Shown here: positions 1-7,423 of the stretch, in pieces
Layout: each line of letters begins with the position of its first letter
How positions within the stretch are numbered: position 1 is the first letter of the stretch
Assembly: GCA_036679645.1 (NCBI GenBank)
Contig: JAZDCY010000071.1
Coordinates: forward strand, 1 to 48,017
Origin: Gemmatimonadota bacterium
GTDB lineage: Bacteria > Gemmatimonadota > Gemmatimonadetes > Gemmatimonadales > GWC2-71-9
Direction: 5' to 3'
DNA: 48,017 nt
Notes under the pieces: generated by a model
Databases searched by the model: none
Seen by the model: the letters and a program-made list of their open reading frames with translations, nothing else
What the model was told of the DNA's origin: nothing
Translations under genes and position numbers: made by a program

Positions 1-380
1 AGGAAATCGGCGCGTGCGCGTGCGCGCCGATCGGGCTCGCTCGTGCGATGCCGCAGGAGCGGCCAACTCGACATGGGGATGATGGAGGCCTCGTGCGCCC
101 ACTGCTCGGTGAATTCCCCGCCCCCGCCCTTGCGCCCGCCCTCGTAGACGAGCGCGTCGAAGCGAGCGCGGTCGTACGGTCCCAGGCGCGAGAAGAGCAC
201 CTGGTAGTGAGCGGGCAGGAGGACATTGACGAAGTCGATCTGTACCAGGCCGAGCCGGCGGATGGTCCCTCGCAGGTGCCGCACGTCGACGCGCGTCGGG
301 CGCGGACGGTCGAATCCCTGTGCGGCCAGCGCCAGGCGGCGGGCCTCGGACAGTGAGAGGGAGTCGGCGAGCCGCGCGAT
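1..380 (-). CDS. YcaQ/AlkZ-family (HTH_42) interstrand-crosslink DNA glycosylase, 5' part only; runs off the window edge; start codon uncertain (ATC 380 or CTG 353)
   Basis: Manual translation (not in the ORF track): LSLSEARRLALAAQGFDRPRPTRVDVRHLRGTIRRLGLVQIDFVNVLLPAHYQVLFSRLGPYD...FTEQWAHEAS. Has the QxD catalytic motif and the WAHEAS motif typical of YcaQ. Confidence 0.8.
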   Translation of the reverse strand, partial: MARLADSLSLSEARRLALAAQGFDRPRPTRVDVRHLRGTIRRLGLVQIDFVNVLLPAHYQVLFSRLGPYDRARFDALVYEGGRKGGGGEFTEQWAHEASIIPMSSWPLLRHRTSEPDRRARARADF

Positions 381-389
381 TGTCGTGCC

Positions 390-863
390 CTACTCTACGG
401 TCGCCAGCACTCGTTCGTGGTCTCGCACGAATTGTCGCTTCCCGCGCGATTCGATCGAATGACCTTCGGCCCGCAATCGTGCGCTTTGCCGGCGCAATCC
501 TCCCGGGTACTTGGCGTTCAGTTCACCCCGTGCCTTCAGCGTGCGCCAGTATGGTGTGACACGCTTTTTCCCGTCGTCCTCTTCCTCCCCAGCGGCACCG
601 GCCGCGATCCGGGCGAGGATCCCCGTCGTCATCGGGCAGCCAATTGTCGCACCGTGGCGACGCGCCACAGCTTCTCTGATCTGGTTGATGGTAATGACGC
701 GGCCCTTCGGAACCTGGCGCATGATCTCATCGACGTCCTGCGGGGCCGGAATCACGATCGTGCCCGGACCCCACTTCCTTCGCATGCCCGGAGAGATGGA
801 CTCGACGCGCGGGAGATCCTTGTTGTCGGCGAGCTTCTCTCTGAACGTCTTACGCGTACTCAT
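390..863 (-). CDS. MGMT-family / alkyltransferase-like DNA-binding protein
   Basis: VPKGRVITINQIR helix motif; PYWRTL where the canonical motif is PCHRV; YPGG...LRAEG tail; RBS-like AAAGGGGAG before the ATG. Confidence 0.75.
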   Translation of the reverse strand: MSTRKTFREKLADNKDLPRVESISPGMRRKWGPGTIVIPAPQDVDEIMRQVPKGRVITINQIREAVARRHGATIGCPMTTGILARIAAGAAGEEEDDGKKRVTPYWRTLKARGELNAKYPGGLRRQSARLRAEGHSIESRGKRQFVRDHERVLATVE

Positions 864-902
864 GGTCTCCCCTTTCGCAATGTGCCTCTACCGCAAGTGA
901 CA

Positions 903-1646
903 TCAGACCCGCGATGCCTCGATCAGCAACGTCCAGCCGTTCTCGGCACGGGAGCGGGCATTGGCCCACGTACACACGAGCCGTCCCACGGTGATCAAGA
1001 AGGTTCGTACAATGGCGGCCGGGACCGGATGCATTCGCTCCGTGGCATAGCTCCACCGGATGACGCGCATGTCTACCGACGACGAGAGGAGATACTTCGA
1101 GCGGTTGAGCTGAAAGCCGTGCTGCTCGAGCTTCGCCTTGATCGTGGGCACGGTATAGAACTGACGCACCGCGTGTTTCTTGCGGTGCCGATCGCGCCAC
1201 CCCTTGGGGACATCCGGCCGACTCAGGCTGTCCAACGTGAGCAGGAGCCGGCCATCGGGCCGCAATGCCCGATGTGCCTCTCTCAACACTTGTCCGTCGT
1301 CGTGCAGGTGCTCGAAGACGCACAAGCTCACCACGGTATCGAACGAGTTGCTCTTGACCGGGATCGCGTCAGCGTCGGATTGGAGGTAGACCACGCCTCT
1401 GCCGCCGTGGTGGTCGGTAGCTGCGCGGAGCGCTTTCAGATCGAGATCGAAACCGACAACGACCGCCCCACACCGCGCCATGCGGTAGTTGTACGTTCCC
1501 TCGCCGCAGCCGATGTCCAGAATGCGCTCGCCACGCTGTGCGTCGAGCCAGCGCATCGCGGGCGCGGTCTCCATTACGCGGCGGAAGTTCCAATCCTTTC
1601 GCATTCGAACGGTCAGGTAGCCACGTGCACGATCGAACAATGCCAT
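903..1646 (-). CDS. Class I SAM-dependent methyltransferase
   Basis: ILDIGCGEG motif I, DADAIP..SNSFDTVVS, VLREAHRALRPDG. Start placed at ATG 1646; the ORF extends to 1688. Confidence 0.85.
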   Translation of the reverse strand: MALFDRARGYLTVRMRKDWNFRRVMETAPAMRWLDAQRGERILDIGCGEGTYNYRMARCGAVVVGFDLDLKALRAATDHHGGRGVVYLQSDADAIPVKSNSFDTVVSLCVFEHLHDDGQVLREAHRALRPDGRLLLTLDSLSRPDVPKGWRDRHRKKHAVRQFYTVPTIKAKLEQHGFQLNRSKYLLSSSVDMRVIRWSYATERMHPVPAAIVRTFLITVGRLVCTWANARSRAENGWTLLIEASRV

Positions 1647-1723
1647 CAGCTGTCCTCGTGTATCATGGTGTTGTGGGTGGGAGCGCATTTCACGTCCCGA
1701 GTCCTCGGGAGCATGAGATTGGG

Positions 1724-1749
1724 GATGGAGGCGTGGGGATTCGGACCCC
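1724..1749 (-). repeat. Degenerate direct-repeat copy of the tmRNA 3' end (att site)
   Basis: gatggaggcgtggggattcggacccc versus 3198-3223 gatggaggcgcggggattcgaacccc: 24/26 identical, same orientation. Confidence 0.8.
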
Positions 1750-1762
1750 TTTCCGCCACGCG

Positions 1763-2116
1763 TCAGAACTTGCGGCTGCTCTTCAGGCTGACGGAGATCC
1801 GTTTAGTGGTAAACAAGAGGTTCACTGTCTCCGAATACGCCACCGAGAACTGCAGCGTACGTGGTTGTGCCGTGCGGACGAGGGTGAAACGCCTGGCCTC
1901 CCGCGGAAGGCCCATGCTGTCGACTTCCCGGAGAATGCCCTGCCGGATACCGTCGTCGGTGATTTGGCCGGCGTTGGATAGTTCCTGGGCCACGGCGTCT
2001 CCGAGTCGGTACTTGCGCCAGTACACGCTGCCGATCTCGTTCCCGTAGTACGCCGCCGCCGCCAGCACCACGATCACAAACAGCAGGCCGATCTTCACTC
2101 CGCCGGATCGATTCAT
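1763..2116 (-). CDS. Small single-TM hypothetical protein, pilin-like (DUF4845-like)
   Basis: Short leader ending in Gly (MNRSG), then a hydrophobic helix and ~90 aa soluble part; GGAGGAG RBS upstream. Confidence 0.6.
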   Translation of the reverse strand: MNRSGGVKIGLLFVIVVLAAAAYYGNEIGSVYWRKYRLGDAVAQELSNAGQITDDGIRQGILREVDSMGLPREARRFTLVRTAQPRTLQFSVAYSETVNLLFTTKRISVSLKSSRKF

Positions 2117-2283
2117 TTGCGCGTTGCACTCCTCCGTGCCCGGCCGGTTCTGACTAGTCGCGTGTCTTCATGCGTAAGTTAAGTCCCCGATTGGCAACCG
2201 GCTATCCCCTTAATCACAGAAGGCCGGGCGTTCCAATGGAAGGTGTTGGCATAAGTATCGGCCAGGGTGCATCGTTACAAGCA

Positions 2284-2543
2284 ATGAACCACAGCGAGAT
2301 CGTCAGTTCCTCTGGAGCGTAGCGGACCTCATGCGCGACACGTTCAGGCGCGGCCAGTATCAGGACGTCATTCTGCCGCTCACGGTCCTACGCCGTCTCG
2401 ACTTCGTCCTCGCACCCACGAAGGATAAGGTTCTCGGGACGCAAGCCAAGCTGCGCAACAAGGGGCTACAGAATCTCGAACGTGATCTGCGGACGGTTTC
2501 CGCGTACGCCTTCTACAACACCTCGCGTTACGATTTCGAGAAG
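2284..2543 (+). pseudogene. hsdM: Type I restriction-modification HsdM N-terminal fragment
   Basis: MNHSEIVS/FLWSVADLMRDTFRRGQYQDVILPLTVLRRLD...FYNTSRYDFEK matches HsdM_N. One-base frameshift near 2307; no methyltransferase motifs follow. Confidence 0.8.
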
Positions 2544-3041
2544 CGCCCACCGCAACGCCGAGGAACTGATCAAACAAGGCGAATCGAAAACGCTCGAGTT
2601 CAAGTCAACCTTGCGCTGGAACCTCAGGGAGAACCGGAAGGACGACAAGCGTGTGACCCATGCGGTGTTGACGACCATCGCCGCGTTCCTGAACACCGAG
2701 GGCAGTGACCTCCTGATCGGTGTCGCGGACGATGGTTCGATCGTCGGTACTGAGCGCGATCAATTGGAGAACGACGATAAGTTCATGCGCCACGTTGCTC
2801 AAGTCGTGCGCAAGGGTCTGGGAGACCGCGCCGGCACGTGTATCGACCCGAAGACGCAGATCGTGGGACGGGAGACCGTGTGTGTGGTGAGCCGCCAGCG
2901 CAGCCCGGAGCCGGTGTTTCTGACGTGGAAGGGGATGGAGGCAACGCCGGGGGCGACTTCTTCGTAAGGAGCGGGTCTGGGACCGTGAAGCTCTCCCCGT
3001 CGAACCGGCTCAAAATGAGTGATTTGCTGTATCCTGTGTGA
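2542..3041 (+). pseudogene. Schlafen AlbA_2 domain fragment
   Basis: LIKQGESKTLEFKSTL...IAAFLNTEGSDLLIGVADDG...FFVRSG motifs. No start of its own; frameshift in the G5 run at 2949-2953. Confidence 0.8.
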
Positions 3042-3166
3042 TTTGTGTAGAGCTGTGAGGTGAAAAACCCGGTACGCCTGGACCGCACAATCACCTCACA
3101 ATCGGCTTATACGGCCCTGTAACGCCCGAACCCGCTGTTCCCTAACCCCATATCATATATAAGAGC

Positions 3167-3193
3167 GGCCTACGGAGACTCTCTCCGTAGGCC
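3167..3193 (-). terminator. Hairpin immediately downstream of tmRNA
   Basis: Perfect 12-bp stem GGCCTACGGAGA-ctc-TCTCCGTAGGCC followed by an AT-rich tract on the minus strand. Confidence 0.7.
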
Positions 3194-3199
3194 AGATGA

Positions 3200-3553
3200 T
3201 GGAGGCGCGGGGATTCGAACCCCGGTCCGAGACTAGATCCTACTCCGCTTCTACGTGCGTAGGCTGCGCATTAGGTCTCCGCCGTCAGGCGCACAGCCAT
3301 CCAAACGGCGAACAATCTTCCTGAAATCTCACGCCACGCGCGGAAGCAACGCGCTACGCTAGCTTGATTTTGCGATACCCGCGCGCCGCCTCAAGCGCGG
3401 CTGCAACGCGGGCAGGTGCAGTAAGCCGAAGCTTACGCAGCCAGAGCCAAGTCAGTGTTGGCAATTATGAAAGTTTCCAGTGGATTAACCAGGAACCGGA
3501 AACCTGGGCACGCAACGAAATGTTCACTAGACCCGTCGAAACCAGTCGCCCCC
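3200..3553 (-). ncRNA. ssrA: tmRNA, tag peptide (A)ANTDLALAA at 3462-3433
   Basis: 5' GGGGGCGACTGGTTTCGAC; 3' CGGGGTTCGAATCCCCGCGCCTCCA with a G3-U wobble acceptor stem; tag ORF GCC AAC ACT GAC TTG GCT CTG GCT GCG TAA. The discriminator A is followed by TCA, so CCA is not genomically encoded. Confidence 0.97.
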
Positions 3554-3596
3554 GTTTGCTTGAGTGACTCCTCAATATAATCGACTCCCGTAGGTG

Positions 3597-3675
3597 GGCG
3601 GAATGGCGGGCAGGCGGAATGGCGGAAGGTGAGGGAGTACTACCGTCCGCCTTTCCGCCCTTCCGCCCTCCCGCC
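3597..3675. repeat. Inverted array of GGCGGAAN-type octamers
   Basis: Four GGCGG-containing 8-mers face four CCGCC-containing 8-mers around the GGDEF stop codon. Confidence 0.7.
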
Positions 3676-5073
3676 TGTAGCCACTTCCACCCTATTCCGC
3701 CCCCGCTCTTTCGCCCGATAGAGTGCCGCATCGGCCGCCGGGTAGAGGTTCGTGACCCCGCGCGTCGTGTGGGGGACGGCCGCGACGCCGACTGAACACG
3801 TCATCGCGATATCCTGGCCCGACCACAGGAACGGCGTCTCGGCAACCATGCGCCGCACGCGCTCGGCCACCTCACGTGCCTCGCCGGCCGGGGTGTCCGG
3901 GAGCCACAGGGCAAACTCTTCCCCACCCATCCGGACCGCAAGATCCCGGTCGCGAAGACTCTGGCGCAGTAGGCTCGCAAGATGAATCAGCGCCGCGTCA
4001 CCCGCCACGTGGCCGTAGCGATCGTTGAGTTGCTTGAAGCGATCGACGTCCAAGCACAGCAACGCTGCGTCGCCCTCGTCGTACAGCGCTATTGCCTTGT
4101 CCAACGCGCGGCGATTGGGAAGACCGGTGAGCTCGTCGGTCATTGCGCGGGTCTCCGCGGCGCGGACGTCGGCGAGATAGCCAAGGTGCGATCCGAGGTC
4201 CGCAAGCATGGCAGTGAGATCGGTGTCCGCCCGCTCGCGCAGCGCGTCCGGCCGGCCGAAGAGTACGAGAGCTCCAAACCACCGTCGGCTGTCGCCGATG
4301 GGGAAGACCAGGCCTCGTTCCTCGCGCCGGCGATCGGACCGATAGTGCCCGAACAGCTCTGCGGCCGACATGCCCGGGACCGGCATGCCCTCTTTCATGG
4401 CGTGGATCACGGCGGAATCCGGTGCCGCCGACGTGCCGATGAGCCGGCGATCGGCCCCGTTTGAGACCCCGACGACGCGCACAGTTTGGGAAATGGGATT
4501 GCGGATGAGGATCGCCGCCGGCGCGTCTGCCAACTCCCTGGCGGCCTCGCAGACGGCCGCCACGGCGCTGTCGAGCGAGTCCCGGGCGGTGGCCGGAATC
4601 CGGCGCGGACCGTGCTCCGCGCGCTCTTCGCGCTCCCGCTGCTGGGTGAACCCGTCGCCCAACCGGCGCAGGTCCGCCGCGACACGATCGACGGCATCGT
4701 CCTCGGGTGGTGACGCGAACACAAACGCCAATGCGACATCTCCGCTGCGGACCGCGAGCGTCGTGTCCGCACCGCGCACCATGTGAGTGCGGCCGTCAGA
4801 GAGGGCGAGTCGTGCCATCGCCTCGGCACGCTCGACCACCGCGCTGGAGATCCCTCGTGGATGGGTGGCGGTGACCTGGGAACGACCCGGGGTTACGATC
4901 GAGACGGCGAGGCCGCGGTTCGCGCGGCGGACCAGATCTGCCAGGTGATCGATGTCCGATGGAAGAAGCGGGTCCGGTCGCGGTGCGCTCATCGGCCGCG
5001 CACGTCGGCCCAGCAAGTAACCGGCGGCGACAGCCAGCGCCAGGATGCCGATGAGTAGAGCGGCGGTCGTCAC
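3640..5073 (-). CDS. Membrane-anchored GAF-like/GGDEF diguanylate cyclase
   Basis: N-terminal TM, TDELTGLPNRR, DVDRFKQLNDRYGH, RxxD I-site (RDRD) five residues before GGEEF. GTG start overlaps the larB stop (GTGA). Confidence 0.9.
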   Translation of the reverse strand: MTTAALLIGILALAVAAGYLLGRRARPMSAPRPDPLLPSDIDHLADLVRRANRGLAVSIVTPGRSQVTATHPRGISSAVVERAEAMARLALSDGRTHMVRGADTTLAVRSGDVALAFVFASPPEDDAVDRVAADLRRLGDGFTQQREREERAEHGPRRIPATARDSLDSAVAAVCEAARELADAPAAILIRNPISQTVRVVGVSNGADRRLIGTSAAPDSAVIHAMKEGMPVPGMSAAELFGHYRSDRRREERGLVFPIGDSRRWFGALVLFGRPDALRERADTDLTAMLADLGSHLGYLADVRAAETRAMTDELTGLPNRRALDKAIALYDEGDAALLCLDVDRFKQLNDRYGHVAGDAALIHLASLLRQSLRDRDLAVRMGGEEFALWLPDTPAGEAREVAERVRRMVAETPFLWSGQDIAMTCSVGVAAVPHTTRGVTNLYPAADAALYRAKERGRNRVEVATGGRAEGRKGGR

Positions 5074-5825
5074 CCCAGGTGGTTGATGCGCGACGCGGCG
5101 GCCGCGGCACCAAATCCGTTGTCGATATTGACGACGGTAACGCCCGAGGCGCACGAGTTCAGCATTGCCAGCAACGCGGACAGCCCGTCGAATGCCGCGC
5201 CGTACCCGACGCTCGTCGGCACCGCGATCACCGGCGACTTCACGAGTCCTCCGACGACGCTGGGTAGTGCCCCATCCATGCCCGCCACCACGATGACGAC
5301 ACTAGCGTCGCGCAGGTCGTCGCTGCGCATGAGCACGCGGTGAATGCCGGCGACCCCGACATCCGTTAGCCGTGCTACCCGGTTGCCCAACGCCTCCGCC
5401 ACGACCGCGGCTTCCTCAGCCACGGGTAGGTCAGCAGTCCCGGCCGTGACCACGAGCACGGTGCCCCGCCCCACAGGCTCTGGCCGCGGGTCGGGCGCGA
5501 GGAACACGGTCCGGCCCAGCGGATTCAGGATTGCGGTCGGAAAGCGCGCGGCGAGCCGACTGCGTGTCGTCTCGTCGGCGCGGGTCGCGAGGAAGGTCCC
5601 CGACACATCCTCCAACGCTACGCATATTCCCTCGACCTGGTCGGGCGTCTTTCCCTCGCACAACACGACTTCCTGCTGGCCCTGGGTCAGTGGCCGGGCG
5701 TGATCCACCGCCGCGTATTCGAGATCCTCTACGGGAAAACGTGACAACTCATGAAGGGCAGCACTTGGAGTGAGACGGCCGGCGGCCACCTCATCGAGCA
5801 CGGCGCGGAGCCGCTCGGGTGTCAC
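5070..5825 (-). CDS. larB: Nickel pincer cofactor biosynthesis protein LarB (PurE-like)
   Basis: TAGTADLPVAEEA, DVGVAGIHR, AGMDGALPSVVGGL, PTSVGYG, VVNIDNGFGAA. Confidence 0.92.
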   Translation of the reverse strand: MTPERLRAVLDEVAAGRLTPSAALHELSRFPVEDLEYAAVDHARPLTQGQQEVVLCEGKTPDQVEGICVALEDVSGTFLATRADETTRSRLAARFPTAILNPLGRTVFLAPDPRPEPVGRGTVLVVTAGTADLPVAEEAAVVAEALGNRVARLTDVGVAGIHRVLMRSDDLRDASVVIVVAGMDGALPSVVGGLVKSPVIAVPTSVGYGAAFDGLSALLAMLNSCASGVTVVNIDNGFGAAAAASRINHLG

Positions 5826-6805
5826 CCGACAGCGCGCGCGGGCGTGAGATACGCGTCGAAGATCTGCTCGACCTGGGCCATTGACTCGATCTCGTGCAGC
5901 TGCCGGCGCAGCTCTGTTGCGCCCGGCAGACCCCGCGTGTACCAGCCGAGATGCTTGCGAAACTCCACGGCCGTACGCCGGCTGTCACCCTGGATCTCGA
6001 GCTGCAACCGCGCGTGGCGCAGGGCGACCGCAAAGCGCTCGGTGGCGTTTGGGGTCGGTCGCGCCGTCTTCCCGTCGAGCAAGGCACGAGCCTGCTGAAA
6101 AATCCATGGGTTTCCGAACGACCCGCGCGCGATCATGATCCCGGCGCAGCCGGTCGTATGATGCATGCGTACGACATCGGTCGCGGTCTTGATGTCGCCA
6201 TTTCCAATGACGGGGATGTCCAGGGCTTCCACGACCGAGGCGATCTCCTGCCAACGCGCTTCCCCGCTGTACATCTGGATTCGCGTCCTCGGGTGCAGCG
6301 ACAGAGCTGCGGCACCGGCGTCCTGACACCGCAGCCCGATCTCGACCGGGTCGCGCACGGTCTCGTCCCATCCGCTACGAATCTTGACGGTTACGGGTAG
6401 GTGGGTGGTGCCCCGCACCGCGCGGACGATGCGCTGGACCAGGTCGAGATCCTTGAGACAACCCGAGCCGCCGTTTCGCCTGACCACCTTCTTTACGGGA
6501 CACCCGAAGTTGAGATCGACGAAATCGGGTCTGTAGTGTTCCGTAACTAGCCCGGCGGCCTCGGCCATGACAGCGGGGTCAGCCCCGTAGAGTTGGATAC
6601 CGATGGGCCGCTCCGCTTCGGTGAAAAAGGCCCCGTCGTGTACGCTCCTCATCCCCCGGCGCAGGCCCTCGCTGGAGAGGAATTCCGATACCACGACGTC
6701 CGCCCCGAACGCGCGGCACAGCGCCCGGAACGGTGGTTCGGAGACACCGGCCATGGGTGCCAGGAAGAGCGGGACCGGATTCGCAACCGGGTACGGAAAG
6801 GGCAT
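5822..6805 (-). CDS. dusB: tRNA-dihydrouridine synthase
   Basis: LAPMAGVS, DLNFGCP, VTVKIRSGWD, HPRT, GNGDI, IMIARG..GNPW. Confidence 0.93.
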   Translation of the reverse strand: MPFPYPVANPVPLFLAPMAGVSEPPFRALCRAFGADVVVSEFLSSEGLRRGMRSVHDGAFFTEAERPIGIQLYGADPAVMAEAAGLVTEHYRPDFVDLNFGCPVKKVVRRNGGSGCLKDLDLVQRIVRAVRGTTHLPVTVKIRSGWDETVRDPVEIGLRCQDAGAAALSLHPRTRIQMYSGEARWQEIASVVEALDIPVIGNGDIKTATDVVRMHHTTGCAGIMIARGSFGNPWIFQQARALLDGKTARPTPNATERFAVALRHARLQLEIQGDSRRTAVEFRKHLGWYTRGLPGATELRRQLHEIESMAQVEQIFDAYLTPARAVG

Positions 6806-6859
6806 CCGTATAATCTACGAAGCCCCGTCGTTCGCACCAAGAACGACCGTCGTACCCGT

Positions 6860-6888
6860 TTGACACGCCTTACCGGCGTGTCTACGTT
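6860..6888 (+). promoter_or_regulatory. sigma70-type promoter for the PTS IIA gene with an overlapping palindrome
   Basis: TTGACA-17 nt-TACGTT; GACACGCC-ttacc-GGCGTGTC at 6862-6882. Confidence 0.6.
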
Positions 6889-6924
6889 TCGCCCAACTTT
6901 CCGACGGGTAGGGTGTTGAGGGGT

Positions 6925-7377
6925 ATGGAACTCAAGGAATTCTTTTCGCCAAATGCTATAGCGCTGCAACTCGATGGGACGTCAAAAGACGATATTCTCC
7001 AGGAGCTGATTGCACTGTTTGGCCTGGAGGCGGATGCCGAGGCGATGCTCTTCAAGATGCTGAAGCGACGCGAGAACCTGGGCTCGACGGGCATCGGCCG
7101 CGGGATAGCGATTCCCCACTGCCGCTCCCTAGTGGTGAGCGAGTTACGTGTCGCCTTTGGGCGAAAGCCCGAGGGTTTGGAGTTCCGCGCTATTGACGAG
7201 AAGCCCGTCCACTACTTCTTCCTGATCGTCGCTCCACCGCTCGAGGTCTCGAACCAATACCTCCCGGTCCTCGGCAAGATCGCGCAGTTCGCAAAGGAAC
7301 CGGACGTGCCGGATCAGCTGGCGCAGATCACGTCACCCGAGGAGTTCATGGCGTTGTTGGGGGAGAAGAACCTGTAA
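6925..7377 (+). CDS. PTS EIIA (Ntr/fructose-type)
   Basis: RENLGSTGIGRGIAIPHCR phospho-His motif. Confidence 0.9.
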   Translation: MELKEFFSPNAIALQLDGTSKDDILQELIALFGLEADAEAMLFKMLKRRENLGSTGIGRGIAIPHCRSLVVSELRVAFGRKPEGLEFRAIDEKPVHYFFLIVAPPLEVSNQYLPVLGKIAQFAKEPDVPDQLAQITSPEEFMALLGEKNL

Positions 7378-7423
7378 GAAAAAGGGCGATGACGGGGGCG
7401 GGGAGCGGTGGGGCGGGGTGCGC

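Larger units (their letters stand above)
1724..3223. mobile_element. Decayed genomic islet integrated at ssrA, with no integrase left
   Basis: Flanked by a direct repeat of the tmRNA T-arm/acceptor end; carries an R-M/Schlafen pseudogene and a small membrane gene. Confidence 0.65.

Noticed and set aside
387..392. Pyrrolysine or genome-wide amber recoding
   Set aside because: TAG is a normal stop for rpsO, rpsB, rpsI, folC and others, and no pyl genes are visible.
417..2048. 543-aa plus-strand ORF
   Set aside because: Antisense shadow of three recognisable minus-strand genes; no motifs; expected in GC-rich DNA.
2931..2958. GATGGAGGC and GGGGGCGACT matches to the two tmRNA ends inside the AlbA_2 remnant
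   Set aside because: Only 9-10 nt each, in opposite orientations, and explained by the coding sequence (KGME..GGDF).
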